From NCBI GenBank assembly GCA_021613535.1, contig CP075492.1, forward strand, positions 3,224,001-3,288,000: DNA of 64,000 bases, written 5' to 3'. The position numbers were made by a program, and so were the translations under genes. Every line of letters begins with the position of its first letter. Positions within the stretch are counted from its first letter, which is position 1. The notes under the pieces are model-generated. The model had not been told where the DNA came from. It ran no database searches and worked only from the letters and a program-made list of their open reading frames with translations. Positions 24,044 through 38,309 of the stretch are shown piece after piece. The stretch is from Adineta vaga (taxonomy: Eukaryota; Animalia; Rotifera).

Positions 24044-25021
24044 CTACACACGATTAATTGCCAAAACCAAGTGCTGAGCAGTCCGCGTGATAGGCATGGG
24101 TTGACTTGCATTTTGAGGACAACATCTAAATATTTTCTTTACAAGACGACCAAATTCTCTGCGGTAGATCTGACCGGATAAAATAAAACAAAAAAATGGC
24201 ATCATAAAAGACACTTTAAATAAAATATGAGAAAAACCGGATGCAAAACCAAATTCAGGTGTGGTTACGAATGACAACGGTAGGGTCGACATAATATATG
24301 TAACTCCGGATGGTATATTTAAAATAAGATAAACTCCCACTTGAAAAAGCAGCATTCGAAACAATTGATTTTCAGTACGGCGATGAACTGAATTCTTCAA
24401 TGATGTCATTCGATTTCGATTTATGTTTCGAATTGTTAAAAAACCAAATATACCCATCAATAAAGGTCCAAGTACCGCTACCAGAGTAGATAACATAAAT
24501 CCAAATACTACATTGTAAGAAGTATCGTGTCGTAATCGACATCCAAGTCCATCATCTTGTCGCAATGTCACTAATATTGGATGATTTAAAGCATACAATG
24601 CAAACATCAAGGTAACAATTGCAAGGACATATCGTGATACTTTAATAGTGCTAAGATTTCTTATTCCGACTTTGTTAGAACTAGCACAATATCGATCAAT
24701 TGATACAAGTACAGTATAATAAGGCAAAAGTAGAACACATAATAAAGTGCCATATTGAAAAAATCTGCACCAATGAATAGAAATTTGACCGAAATCAATT
24801 TTGAATACATCAGCCAAATAATGTTGAATCATAGTTACAGTACAAAAGTAGAGATTATTAATCGATAAAGCAAGAAGATAACGAGAACATGCATGATTGT
24901 ATAGAATGAGTCGAGTAAGTATAGTAATATTCATCAAATTACCTGTTATACCACAAATAATAATGATGGGCATTAGAATTTTCGTTAATTGAAAATAGAC
25001 GTCTTGAAATACACTAGCCAT
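24044..25021 (-). CDS. Rhodopsin-like (class A) GPCR, intronless
   Basis: 325 aa, 7 hydrophobic segments, GN in TM1, WCRF, SIDRY, NIP in TM6, SGQIYRRE helix 8. Confidence 0.9.
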   Translation of the reverse strand: MASVFQDVYFQLTKILMPIIIICGITGNLMNITILTRLILYNHACSRYLLALSINNLYFCTVTMIQHYLADVFKIDFGQISIHWCRFFQYGTLLCVLLLPYYTVLVSIDRYCASSNKVGIRNLSTIKVSRYVLAIVTLMFALYALNHPILVTLRQDDGLGCRLRHDTSYNVVFGFMLSTLVAVLGPLLMGIFGFLTIRNINRNRMTSLKNSVHRRTENQLFRMLLFQVGVYLILNIPSGVTYIMSTLPLSFVTTPEFGFASGFSHILFKVSFMMPFFCFILSGQIYRREFGRLVKKIFRCCPQNASQPMPITRTAQHLVLAINRV

Positions 25022-25570
25022 TAAGGTTTTTCTCTATATTATATATGATTATATATTCAATTCATAGGATAAAACATCGATAAAGATAACAAAATAAAAG
25101 CACAAGTTAACTTTCAGTATGCATATTTTATAGACAATCTTGAAGTAATATTAACTTCTGTATTTATTATACAAGTAAGGATTGGCGTCGTTAGATTCTT
25201 TCGTGTATAATATAATCTTACTTCTAGGAATGTTCTTTTCGTTAAAACCTATCATGTTTCATTCTTTCATCTTCTTTTAACTTTTAGTAATAATTAGTTC
25301 TATATACAAAACCCTTAATGAATATTGAATATCTGGACGAATATATTCTTCTGGTTATTCTCAAGGCACTTTATTAATGTATATAATTATTTTACATATT
25401 TAAATATTGTCAAAAAATATTCTTCTTGAAATTTCGAGATTAGTTGTCATGCATTAAATAAATATATACACTGATAAACTGACTTGAAAATACACGGAGA
25501 AATATATTATTAATTCAAGAAAAAAAAACATGTTAATAGAAATAGATTAATATACTTTTAGAAATAAACA

Positions 25571-27334
25571 TTAGTTATGAATTAGAAAGTAAGGAAATTT
25601 CTGATGATGACAATTCACGTATGCATAGACTTGAAATTCATCGAGTGAACCATAAAATTGTCCCATCTGTATTGTACCCGTATTACAAACTCCAAGTCCA
25701 AATAAAGAACTCCCAAGTGTAATTGTCATTGGTACAGTTCCAGCATGGAAAAAAAAAGGAACAGAACTTGATCCATATTGAGTACCGTTAATATACAATC
25801 GTTCTCCATTGTTCAATGAATAAGTCGCTGCTACATGAGTCCAAGCAAAGAGGGGTGCAATTGGTCCAGTAATTGGTACATTACTATTATTCCAACTATT
25901 AATCGCAATTTCTCCCATTGAAGTCAAACCCATCATTGGTAAACACCATGCACTTGTTTGAGCACCATCTAAACGACTACTTAAATGCATAATTGTTCCA
26001 CCGGAAGCGTTGGTTGGATAGATCCAAATAGAAAGAGTATATGACCATGCATTTGTTCCGATTCTTGTTAATCCAGTGATTTGAACATATGATGATAAAA
26101 TTGAAAGATTAATCGCTTGATTAATTCTTCCCATTGATGTAAAAGTATAATTTATTCCTATTCCATTAATTGATAATGGTCCGCTATCGACAAGAGTATT
26201 GCCATCGAATTTAAGATTACAAACAAGAGTTGCATCGGATAAGATTATCGTTGCATTTCGTATGCACGGATAATATACAATAGAATCTAAACAACCATCA
26301 AAATAATTATTGGGATTATTCACAATTCCTGTACCAATAGTCAAATCACTATAAATAGAAATCTAGAAATAACTCGAACAGTAAATCTAAAAGAATTTCA
26401 TTACCCAAAAAGAACCTAAATATGATCCAGCTCCAAATTTCTTGATATATCTAAATAACCATTGACATAAATCATTTGTGTACGTGTTGAATAATCATAA
26501 ACAAATGCCTAAGTTATATAAATTCAAATAAAATCCTCCATTTAGTCTTTTTCTAACTTACTAAATGATACCATTGGTTTTTATTCAGAATCTAAATACA
26601 GGAGAAGGAAAAAAAAGATAGGTAAGATATGAATATAAAATTTGCTTGATTTCCAATAGTATCATCATTACCAAAACCAAAATACGCATGATGATTTCTA
26701 ATTATAAAATAAAACGAATGATCTGTTAAATTTTGTTCAAATTGACCAATAATATAATTGTCTGTATATGAATTATTAGAAGAATAGAATGAATCAGCAT
26801 ATAACCAGATTTCAAATGTAAATGATGCATTAGCCAAATTTAAAAATGGTGGATTGGAAATAGTTAACGATTGTTTCAATGATTGATTTAATTGAAGACA
26901 TGTCCCAATTCCATTATAAGTTGATGATTTATACGTTGGTCCATTATTACCAATTCCATTGAAATTATTATATAAATCTTGTAAATTGTTATCGAATCCC
27001 CAATAAACTTGTGCTCCTATTGAATAATAGAAAAAGCATGCAAATTACAAGTCTTCGGAAGTTGCTCTACTTGATGCAGGTGTTGTACTAGTCGACGTTG
27101 TTGTTGTTGTTGTTTTTGTTGAACTAATGGTACTTGCTACAGTCGCTGCACTTGTTTCTAAATTCTTCATTGCTTTTATTTGTCTATCTATAAATATAAT
27201 TAAATCTAAATATAATTATAAAAAATAATGAAGATATACTTAACTCGGACATATAAAGTAATCATAGTTGTTAAGATTATTCCCGAACAGAGAGCACCGA
27301 GTGTTAATCCAATCGAAAGGAATTTCCAGTACAT
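25571..27334 (-). pseudogene. N-anchored protein with Thr-rich stalk and two LamG (concanavalin-A-like) domains; multiple frameshifts
   Basis: ATG at 27334 (MYWKFLSIGLTLGALCSGIILTTMITLYV), poly-Thr, W.FDNNLQDLYNNFNG, SFTFEIW, WYHL.FVYD, FDGCLD, YTLSIWIYP, WTHVAATYS, FYGSLDEF. Frameshifts at ~26998 and ~25620; the true end reads RELSSSEISLLSNS*. Confidence 0.7.
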
Positions 27335-27510
27335 TTCAAGTATATTTTCGATTGAATGAGAATAAGAACAGAAGTTGATTGTATTATTCAGGCTTCGGAC
27401 ATTGTAATTTTACCAATAATGAAAAGCATTTTATTGGTTTCATTTTATTTGATCAGCCCATGGGCAATAGGTTTATTGTATAAAAAATTTTCAAAAAAAA
27501 ACAAACTGCA

Positions 27511-28636
27511 TTACAATTCTTCTTCAACTTCACACGTTGGTGCAAGTTGTCTATTGTTTACTTTGCGAGCAATATGAACAACATCTGTATGAGGTTTTGA
27601 TGATGTTTGATGATGAATAGTAATCGTATTATTAACTGGTGCAATTCGAATTGATTCACGTCTTCTAATACGATTAAAAATAAAACGTAAAACTGCGATT
27701 AATTCTTGTTGAAAAGTACGTGCTGTTAATGTATATAAATAGAATGAAGCAACAGGAAATATATAAAGCATCAATTCAGCTATGAATGCAATGATTTTAT
27801 CAATTGCTAAATGATTGGATGTTCGATTTGGAATTGTAGTTGATATTGAACTGTAAATTAAATTGATCATTTGTGGTGTTGTTAATAGAATATAGAAAAA
27901 ACTTTGAATAAATAATAATTTTAAAACTTGTTGATCAAGTAAATTTTGTTGGTTTTGATTTTGTCTTCGTTGTCGTTTAAAAGCAAGATTACGACGAAGA
28001 AAAATAGTACATAAAATCATAATCATTGATGGAAGAATTCCACCACCAACTAAAACATAAAATGTATGATAAATTGATGCGGCCGTATTCGTTACAATTC
28101 CACATAAATTTCCTTTTATTTCATAAAATATAAGTCGATGAGAACAAATTATTGACCAAAATATAATAATTCCAACAATTGAACGATAAGCTATTCGTTT
28201 ATTTGCAAAGTTCCGTAATCTAACATTCGTTGAACTTTGTGCATATCGATCAATACATGCAAATGCAACAAACCAACGAGAAAGCATTAAACATATTTGA
28301 AATAAATAACCACGAATTTTACAAAATATAAGAGAATTTATCAATAGATCAGGATGATCTAGACTATAAAGTACGGGGACAACACCAGTGAGTAATGTAG
28401 CAATATTATTTATTGATGCAGCAAGAAAATCTTCAAAAAAGAAAAAGATTCACTTAGATTTGTAAACTGATGAGATTTGTTTTTCTTTACAATTACAACC
28501 TGAAATTTTTCTTAATCGACGACGAGAAAATATAACTACATCCGAGAATACCAAGTACAATCCATAGTGAATAAACACAACGAATTAATTGTTGTTGCAT
28601 GTTTAATAGAGTTGTACTTAACGATGAAGACGACAT
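27511..28636 (-). pseudogene. Rhodopsin-like GPCR, 2 exons, frameshifting deletion in TM1
   Basis: ORF 27511-28344 has FCKIRGY, CIDRY, TTPQ and YLYTLTARTF. Exon 1 from ATG 28636 changes frame after LGILGC, where the other frame gives VIFSRRRLRKISGCN followed by a GT donor. Confidence 0.7.
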
Positions 28637-31106
28637 TGAAAAGAGTATTATTGTATAAAAGAAAGAAATCTTTATGTTAAATATATATTTGTTTAGTATA
28701 GCGTATACGATAATCATGTTTGTCATTCACGACACTTTCCTTTATTCTCAGATATTCATTTAGGTGAAAACTATGGAATGACACATTGAATAGATATAAT
28801 AAGATTCATTTTTTGCAGAAAAATTTGGTACATTTTAATGTGAAGGTTAACATCAATGAATCTAATTAGGTCGATTTTCTCTTCTTTGTTCAATATTAAA
28901 TTGTTTTGGATTATTCGAAAGTAGTATCGGAGAAACTTTAGAGCATCTTATCGTTCTATTTTTCTTTACTATTTGATCATAGTCTCCCATAATACATCAT
29001 AGCAGCATCTTTCAGCATAGTTTCTTTTCTTGAAATAAAATACATAATATAACAAAAAGATGAAATAGGAAAACTAAATTATTCCTTGTGTAGCGTTGGA
29101 TTTTGGACACACAGAGTTTCATCTGTTTCGCTAACAAAATGTACAACTGTGAAATAATAAGGATATGACATGCATTCTTATGTATGATTAACTACTAATT
29201 AACGTGAAGTGCACAGAAACATTTGCTTTCACTTATATTTTCTATTTGATTTGAAGGCAATGATAACCGAGATACTAATATTACCTAATATCTGTAATAT
29301 GTGTTATTCTATGATATAAATGCCAATAATCCTTTAGCATGTCTTTACAGAAAATTCTTCAGTATTATATTCTATATGATTTCAGGAGCAAGAAAGCAAG
29401 ACATGAAATATTTACCATGTGAACATATCTGGTAGAAGCATATAAAATGGCCTCATTATACAAGTACGATTTTACAGGAAAATTCAGAAAAAAACTAGCG
29501 TAAATTTTTAACGAGCCACAAATATTTGATGCGTAAATTACTTTGACCAATAGTACAGAATTCAAGATTTTTTATCAGGTTACAACTTAGGTCTCTAATA
29601 AAAGTGAAACATTTTTCTTTGAAATTCAATTTATCAATACGATTGACTATAATGTACAATAAAACAACTATTGTACGGTAAAATCGAACTTCTATGCCAA
29701 TATATAAATCATTACTGAATTCATCTCTTCGCATTCTTATTCACACTTTCAAAGATCTACTAACAAATGAATATAGTAGATACACTTACGTCAGTGATTT
29801 CACGTGATACGACTGAGTATAAATATGTTTATCAGAAGAACATTGCTTCGAATGTAATTATTTCTTTTAATATTTTCTGATACAAAGCACACTTGAGAAA
29901 TATTATCGAGATACAAGTAAGAAGAACAGATTCTGCTCTGTTCAGAGAAGTGTAATGGTCTTCATATACATTGCTCTCGCTGACGGAGACAATTCTCAGT
30001 GGAATTGTATATAAAAAAGCAACTTTTAAGTAATATTGTTTTGACTCTTCACCTGTAATGTGATATCACGTAACATATCTTACATTACATTCACATGAAG
30101 AGAAAACTATCATGTTATTTTCTTCTTTTCCTCTTCTCTACGTCAATGCGAAAAATAGATGTCGATGCAAGGTTGTTTCACTGTAGACGTATTTTAAAAA
30201 GACATTAAGGAAATGATGTTTTCATGTAACGAATAGGTGCAGAACACAACACTAATGATTCAAAAGAGGAAGTAATAAAAACGACATTCTCTACAAACGG
30301 AAAAATGATAGAATTAACATTTTTATAAAAATACTTCCGAAGGTAAGTGAAAAGACATTATTTAATTGATTAGGAACAGAATTTTATAATCACAAAAAGA
30401 AAACAGCAACAATCTTTTCATCTATTAAATAAAGTACTCGATATTGTATATTAATGATTCATTTCATTAATGCTACAATAAGCATATCTTCTTCATTTTC
30501 TTTTCATACAGGCAACTGTATGTCAATATCAAAATTAAGGAGAGTTTTTCGCTTTTGAAATAGTTTAAGTCAGTTTCTCTCAGACTTGAGATCAAGTTTG
30601 AGACAAGATATTTTTTAGAACAAAACTATATTTGAAAAGACTTTTTATGTATGAGAGAAAGAAACAAGATAAGAAATAGGATTATTCATAACTTCGGTGA
30701 CTTCATATATTGGATAGTCTAGTTTGAAATAAACTTTACCAAAAAATAGATGATTTACAAATGGTCTATCTCTTCTAGAGAGATGTGGAAAGACCTGGAC
30801 CCGGTTTCCTACAAACTTCAAATTTCAATCCGATAGAATTGAAATCAACATACAACGTAGATTTTTGTGCTAATATAGTCAACTAAAAGTAGCGATGACT
30901 TCGATTCTTTACATTTTCTGGCACATACAAGTTGCTATATATTCGTAAAAAGAATCCCAACCTAGGTTAAAAAAACTGTGGACCCGTAGCTCCCTAATCC
31001 CTTCTCAAGAAATTCACGTATTCTTTTCTCTGTCACTTTTGATATAGAATCAGTAGAAGACTTTTTTAGAACAATTTTCTTCAACAAGACTACAGTGGCA
31101 GAATAA

Positions 31107-34100
31107 ATGACGCAAGTTTCTGACACGGGTACATTTGATGATGTTGCATTAGAACAGAATTTGAAAACTCGATCGAATTGTATTGCTATTAAAGAACAAA
31201 AGGAACTAACAAACAAGTAAGATATTCTAATTGTGTTACTTGGCAATTATAACTAATTCGTATACCATGGTTTGACTTCGTCTCGTTTATGTAGTGAAAT
31301 GCAGTTGAGTGTTTCAACAGAGACGAAGCAACGATCTCATTCGGTAATTGACTTTTCATATGTGAAGAGCAATAGAGAAATATCTCAGTCCAAAATGAAT
31401 GGTATAGTTTTCAAGCTACAAAAACTTAGGCGTTTAGTAAGTAAAACAGTGAGCTAATATACCTTATTAATTCAATTATATACTAGTTTTATTATGCAAC
31501 TGTACTTGATTGGTTTTATATATTTGTGGCGACTATTGTTAGTGTTATTCATGGTGTTACTTTGCCAGTATTATTAATCGTTCTCGGAAATGTAACTAAT
31601 TCATTTACAAATCGATCAACAAATATATGCATGTTGAATTTTACATCATTATCACAATTGTATTGCCCATCGCATGTTATTCTTGATCATTCGAATATCG
31701 AAGAGTTATATCCGTAGGAGAAAAGAAAAATATGTTCACTGTGTTCTCTACCATCTATTTTAGTCTATGTAATTTGACCGGAATCAATATTGGTAAATCA
31801 TCTTCAGAACTTTCATCACAAATCGGACAACAAAGTGCTTATATAGCTAGTAAGTTTAGTTGAACAAAGAAGAGTATTTAGAATGAATTTTCAGTCATGG
31901 GCTGTATTGTCTTACTATTCGGCTACATTCAAGCGACTTTCTGGACATTAACATCTGAGAGACAAGCATTTCAAATGCGTCAAACTGTTTTTCGTTGTCT
32001 CATGAAGAAAGATATTGATTATTTTGATGTTCATAACGTTGGCCATATGAATACCGTTCTTATGCAGTAATAATAAAGGACTTCTTTCTTTCTTTCTTTC
32101 TTTTGATTCAACAATTTTATTCAAATCTGATCATTTTAGAAATATCAATGAAGTTAAAGATGGTATTGGGCCGCACTTAGGATCTTTTGTGCAATGTATA
32201 GCTACTTTTATTGGTGGTTTTATTATTGGATTAATCAAAAGTTGGAAATTATCACTTGTCTTATTGTCATTTTCACCGATTCTAATCATTTGTCTTATAA
32301 TTCTAACAAAAGTTCGTAACAATGACAATCATTAGAGTATGCAATCAAACTTTTCTTGTATATTTAGGCTATGTTAAAAATGACCTCACTGGAATTATCT
32401 ACTTATGCAAAAGCTGGAGCAATAGCTCAAGAAGTTCTTTCATCGATGAGAATGGTATTCGCTTACAATGGTGCTGATCATGAATATCATCGGTAAAAAT
32501 TTCATATACTTACCGTTTGTAATCTAGGATTATATTTTAAGCTATACACAACATTTAAGAGCAGCTAAACGAAGTAGCATACGTCGAGGAATCATTTTTG
32601 GAAGTATTATGGGATTCATACGTTTTATTATTTTTATCATATATGCCGTCGGTTTTATTTATGGAACACGTTTAATTGCTCAGGAAAATTCCAACATTGG
32701 TGATATTTTCACAGTAATTGATATTATACTCAGAAAACATTAAACTATTCTCTCATCTAGGTTTTCTTTGCAATATTTATCGCAGTCTTCTCTCTAGCAC
32801 AAGCAACTAATACATTGCGATATCAGAGTAATATCATATCAGAACATCAGTTATTTTTTCTGAATATTCCAATTACTTTTCAGACGGAGCCATCTGCGCA
32901 GTCGATTCCATTCGGAGTTTATTAGATATCGTAAGTATTACTATCATTTTTACTTTAGAATATAAACCTTTGAAAATCAAAAGTTAGTCACTATGTTTTA
33001 TCTCTTTTTGCACTGAGAATCAACTTTTTTGAAAAGCTAACTATGCAATTTGATAGGAATGTACACGAACTAGTAATATAGTATGATTAGTTATCCAATA
33101 AGTCCTTTTTCGAGCGTGAAAGGCAGCTGAATATGGCGGTTAACTTTTGTTTTCTAGAAGTATATATGCTATACTCCTAACACAAATATTCTTTTCCTTT
33201 GTTCTCATTTGAAAGGATATTCTCACAGAATTCAAATCTCGAGAGTTATCAGACAATAAACCAACTATATGTGGTAACATCGCATTCCATAATGTTAGTT
33301 TTACCTATGCATCTCGACCTAATATGCAAGTTCTTTCAAATGTCACATTTGAAGCACTATGTGGTGAAACTATTGCGGTTTTAGGCGCAAATGGTTCAGG
33401 AAAAGTAAAGTATCATTGCTTTTCTCGAATGGTTTCTAATAATATCGTTTAAATTTTCAGAGTACATGCTTACAACTTTTACAAGGTTTTTACAAGCCAA
33501 CAAATGGAACAATCACTATCGATAGAATTCCCTTAAACGAGTATGACTTACAGTGGTTAAGACAGCACATGTCAATAGTCAGTCAAGAGGCTGTTCTTTT
33601 TGCCATGACTATTCGTGAGAACATCATGTTTGGAAATTCGAATGCGACAGAAAGCGATATGCTCGAGGTGGCAAAATTGACACATGTAGATCGTATTGTA
33701 GACAAATTTCCTCAGGTAAATACCTTCATTGATAGTTTGCTCGAAAATCTGAGAAACGAAATACAAACATTTCGATTTTCTTTCAAAGATTTTCTATGTT
33801 ATGAAAATATTTTGATTTCTGATTAAAGCTTCTTTGAGTTAGCAAATAATGAAATTTTGTTGGTAACTAAACGTACAAGTTGATCTTAATTTATCAATTA
33901 TATCCGTTTTCCTGACGAATAATCGTATTATTCTTACATATTATTATTTCATTTCAGCGATATGACACATTAATAGGTGACAATAGCACTCATCAGTTAT
34001 CTGGAGGCCAAAAACAATTGATTTGTCTTGCTCGAGCTTTAATCAATCGTCCAAAACTTCTACTACTCGATGAATGTACCAGTGCTCTAGGTCCTATTAT

Positions 34101-37100
34101 CATTTTCGAAATTTAGCATTAAAATACAGTTGTTTTCTCTATAGATCATGAAAATGAATCAATCGTAGTAGAAGCTCTTACACGATCGTCATCAGGTTGT
34201 TTTCTTCTCGTATTTGTTTAATCATATGTTCACGAATAGAATGATTTTAGATCGAACAACTATCCTTGTCACTCATAGGATGTCTACAATTCGATATGCT
34301 ACTCGAATTCTCGTTATGCAAAATGGTCGCATAGTCGAACAAGGTAATCATGAAAAGTTAATGGAATTACATGGTATTTATTATAATATGGTAAATGATT
34401 ATGAGCAGCGCTGTCAAATGCAAGATAGTATCGAAACTAGTTCTTTGAGTATGCACAAAGGTCATCGTATTCCAGTATATATATGATCGACTCTTTCTTT
34501 CTACTAGATATTCATGAAAATGATACAGATCAATTATCGGTGATCGCAGATGATGAAACAACTTCGGTAAGCTATTTGTTGTTTATTCGTTAAAATGAAA
34601 ATCGGTTCTATTATGTACAGTCACATACTGATCATCAATTGCCATCATCATTTTTGTATATGATAAAAATGAATCGACCAGAATGGTTATATATTCTAAG
34701 TGGATGTCTAGTTAGTTTTTGCATCGGCGGTTTTCAACCAGCGACAGGGATTCTAGTCAGTAAAATAATATCAGTAAGAATATCGAACATTTCTTTATAT
34801 CGCAAAAGATTAAGTTGTCAAGTAGGTCTTTCAAATATGTAGTACAGATGAGCAACAACGGCTTATTCAAGTATATGTGTTGCTATTTGTTGCCTTTGCA
34901 ATTCTAATATGGATCAGTGTCTTCTTACAGGTATTGTGTATTTATTTTTTCGTTTCTCGTTGAATATTTCTATTGACGAAAATATGCTTTATTGTTAAAG
35001 AATTTTCTATTCGCTTGTTCTGGCGAAGCTTTGACAGAACGCATTCGTTCAAAGATTTTTCGAAATTATCTTAATCAAGATATAGCTTGGTTTGATGATC
35101 CAACTCGTAATTCTGGATCACTTTGTCTACAATTAGCATCTGAAGCATCTGCAGTGCAGAAGGTATGTATGCATCAAATTCAGCAACGTTTCCACACATT
35201 TTCTGACAAACATTTTTCTACAGACTACTGGTGTACATATGGGAACCATTCTGGAAGTCGTTGGTAATCTAGGTGTTGGAACGATTCTATCCTTCGTATA
35301 TGGTTGGGAATTGACATTTGTTATAATTGGTTTCTTACCATTCATTATTCTTGCCGGCATAGTGAATGTTAAATTAGTTTATAAGTTTTCAAAAAATGAT
35401 TCTAAAGTATTCAAAAAAGCATCGCAAGTAAGCATGGAAGCATTTCGTTATGTCCGTACAGTTCGTCAGTTAAATAAAGAAACTTATTTTATTGATTATT
35501 ATCACACCTTACTATTGAAGCCTCATCAGTTTGTTGCAATTTATTGGAATATCTTTCATAAAATTATGTTCTTTGCGTTTTTAGACTGGCTTGCAAGCGA
35601 GCACACATCACCGGACTTTTATTTAGTTTTTCAAATGCAATCGTTTTCTTTGCGCAAGCTGCACTGACAGCTTTTGCTGTTTTTCTCATAACAAAAAATC
35701 GTAGAACATTTGAAGATGTTTTAATGTAAACTAAATCTAAAAAATGCGATGGTTATTCTTTGAATTTTATTTTGTAGCGTTTTCAATTGTATCTTACTTG
35801 GTGCTCAAGCAGCAGGACAAACAGTTACCATGTAAGAATCGATTCTAAACTTTTCTTCATAGATGAACTCTGTCGAAAAAATTGATACATTTTTTTCAGG
35901 TCGTCTGATTATGGCAAAGCTCTACGTGCTTCAAAGAATATACTTACATTATTAGAACGAAAATCTTCTATCGATAGGAATTCTCATGAAGGGCTAAAAT
36001 TGGTATATTTTATTCTTTGAAACTTATATTTTTTGTTCTTATTCAGTTTTGTAACTGATTTTTGAAGATGAACTTCCAAGGAAATATTCGATTGAACATT
36101 AATTCTTTCACATATCCTGCTCGACCAAATATTTCCGTACTGAATAATCTTTATATGGATATCCAAGCAGGTATTTTGAACACGATTAGTTGCAATTGGA
36201 TTTTGTCTAACGATGAAAGGTTATTTTTCATTCTAGGACAAAGTGTTGCTTTAATAGGTACATGATATATATGTATGTGAAAATAACTTGACGGATTTGT
36301 TTGTGTTGATGATGTAGGAAAAAATGGGTCCGGAAAGTCATCTATCATGCAAATATTACAACGATTTTATGATATTTACGACGGTCAGTTAGTAAGTATC
36401 AAGTTACTTCAATTGAGAACTAATGCTAAACGTAATGAAGCTCATTGATTCGATAGATCTTCGATGTCTAAATCTGCAATGGTATCGTACTCAAATTGGT
36501 TACTTAAGTCAAGTACCTGTACTTTTCGATATGACCATCGCAGATAATATTGCATACGGTGATCTTTCACGTTCAGTATCATTAGACGAGATCATTCAAG
36601 CGGCAAAAGATGCACATGCCCATTCATGGATAGAAGGTTTACCTAAAGTAAATAATATTTTCTGCATTTTTCTTGTATAGTTATAAAATAGAAATATAAT
36701 TCAATGTTCGTTTCGTAGAAGTACAATACAATGGCTGGATTAAATGGTGAACATCTATCAGGTGGACAACGGCAAAGCGTTGCTCTCGCTCGACTTCTCA
36801 TTCGAAATCCTCGAATTTTATTGTTAGATGAATGCACTAGTGCTATGGGTAAGTTGATCTTGTATAAGAAAACAATAAAATGAGTTTTTTGCTTCTAGAT
36901 AATGCAAATGAGAAAGTAAGAAGCGAAAACAAAAATATATCCATTGAAATAGCTCTTGACTTTAGGCAGTCGAAGTTACTCTCAGTCAAATCAAACAAAA
37001 TCGAACGTCCATCGTAATTGGTCATCGTTTGTCAGCGATATGTAATGCTGATATCATTTATGTTTTACATCATCAAGGATATATTGTGGAATCCGGAACA

Positions 37101-37157
37101 CATGAAACATTAATGGCTGCTAGAGGTTATTATTATAAGTTGTTCTCAGACTTATAA
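31107..37157 (+). CDS. ABCB1: P-glycoprotein / ABCB full transporter (TMD-NBD-TMD-NBD), many short introns
   Basis: [27 protein letters not shown]; NBD1 [33 protein letters not shown]; [19 protein letters not shown]; NBD2 [32 protein letters not shown]; stop at 37155-37157. The start codon is tentative, and the symbol marks the subfamily rather than one-to-one orthology. Confidence 0.92.
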
Positions 37158-38309
37158 CTCACTCAAAACTACGAATCGATGATATTTAATCTAGAGAAAC
37201 ATTCTTTTCTGTAAAACTTCGTATAAATATGTTTTATAATTATATCGAAAATGCGATACGACATATTGATCACTTCATAGCAGATATTGACGAGAGTGAA
37301 GGTGTCATTAGATAGACTCTCACGTTCATTCTGCTCTACATACACTGATGAGAAGGATTACTTCTATATTTCAGATCATATCTGAAGGAGACTCTTATGA
37401 ACGATGATATCATGAATCAAGCGGCAAGATTGAGATAGTCATGCACTTGAAACATGAAGGTTATATGCCTGAATAGTTTAGAAACGATGAATTTGAGCAA
37501 AAAAACTGCAGGTTGCCTAGATAAGATTAAATGGCGATCCTTCGTTTTTACAATATTCAAATTTAATTACAGATTTAAAATGTATGTTTTCCGTTCTTTG
37601 TTACATTATTTGCGGAATTATTTTCAAGATCTTCTAACGAAGATGCGTTGTTAATGTTATTATAGATAAGGGATGTTCTAATTGCTTTGGTGATCTTATT
37701 TCTTTAGTCATCATGTTTGAGTTATCTGACTGATTCTTTTACTATCTGCCATGCATCACTTAATGCTTTCTTCATCATCTCGCAACATTCTGTCTCTTTT
37801 TATATTCAAAAGTAAATTAAAACAGAAAAAAAAGCATCAAAAACTTTATAAATCACTGCAGTTTTAAACGATATTCGCAGTTTCTTCAGAACTACTCTGC
37901 ATGTCCAGTAATCTACGTAGACTCTTTGTTAATTTCCTCGTTCTTTATTCAACAATTCGTCGAGAAATGTAATCATCGTATTCGTTTTCTTATCGGTGGA
38001 TAATTGTTCACTTTTATTATCCATCAGCTTAACGTTAGTGACATTTAACAGGCGAATGATTGAACCACGAATAAAATTATATTTTTGCCGTATGTAATTA
38101 TATGATACTTGCTTGAGCAAGAAATACAAGTGCTGGGTCAAGAATCTCATTCGCTTCGAAAGAAAGTATGACTAGGGGATTTACATAATTTATTGGAGAC
38201 GTGTCGTTTTATTAGATAAAGAAAGGGAAAAGGTTAGTTTTTTAGCTTTTTATGTGTAAAATGTCATTGGAGATTAAATCAATGGGAATAACGATCTTTG
38301 ATTATTTTC

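Noticed and set aside
29365-30960. Short ORFs and small hairpins upstream of the ABCB gene
   Set aside because: No coherent exon chain or repeat boundaries; isolated hairpins are expected by chance in AT-rich DNA.
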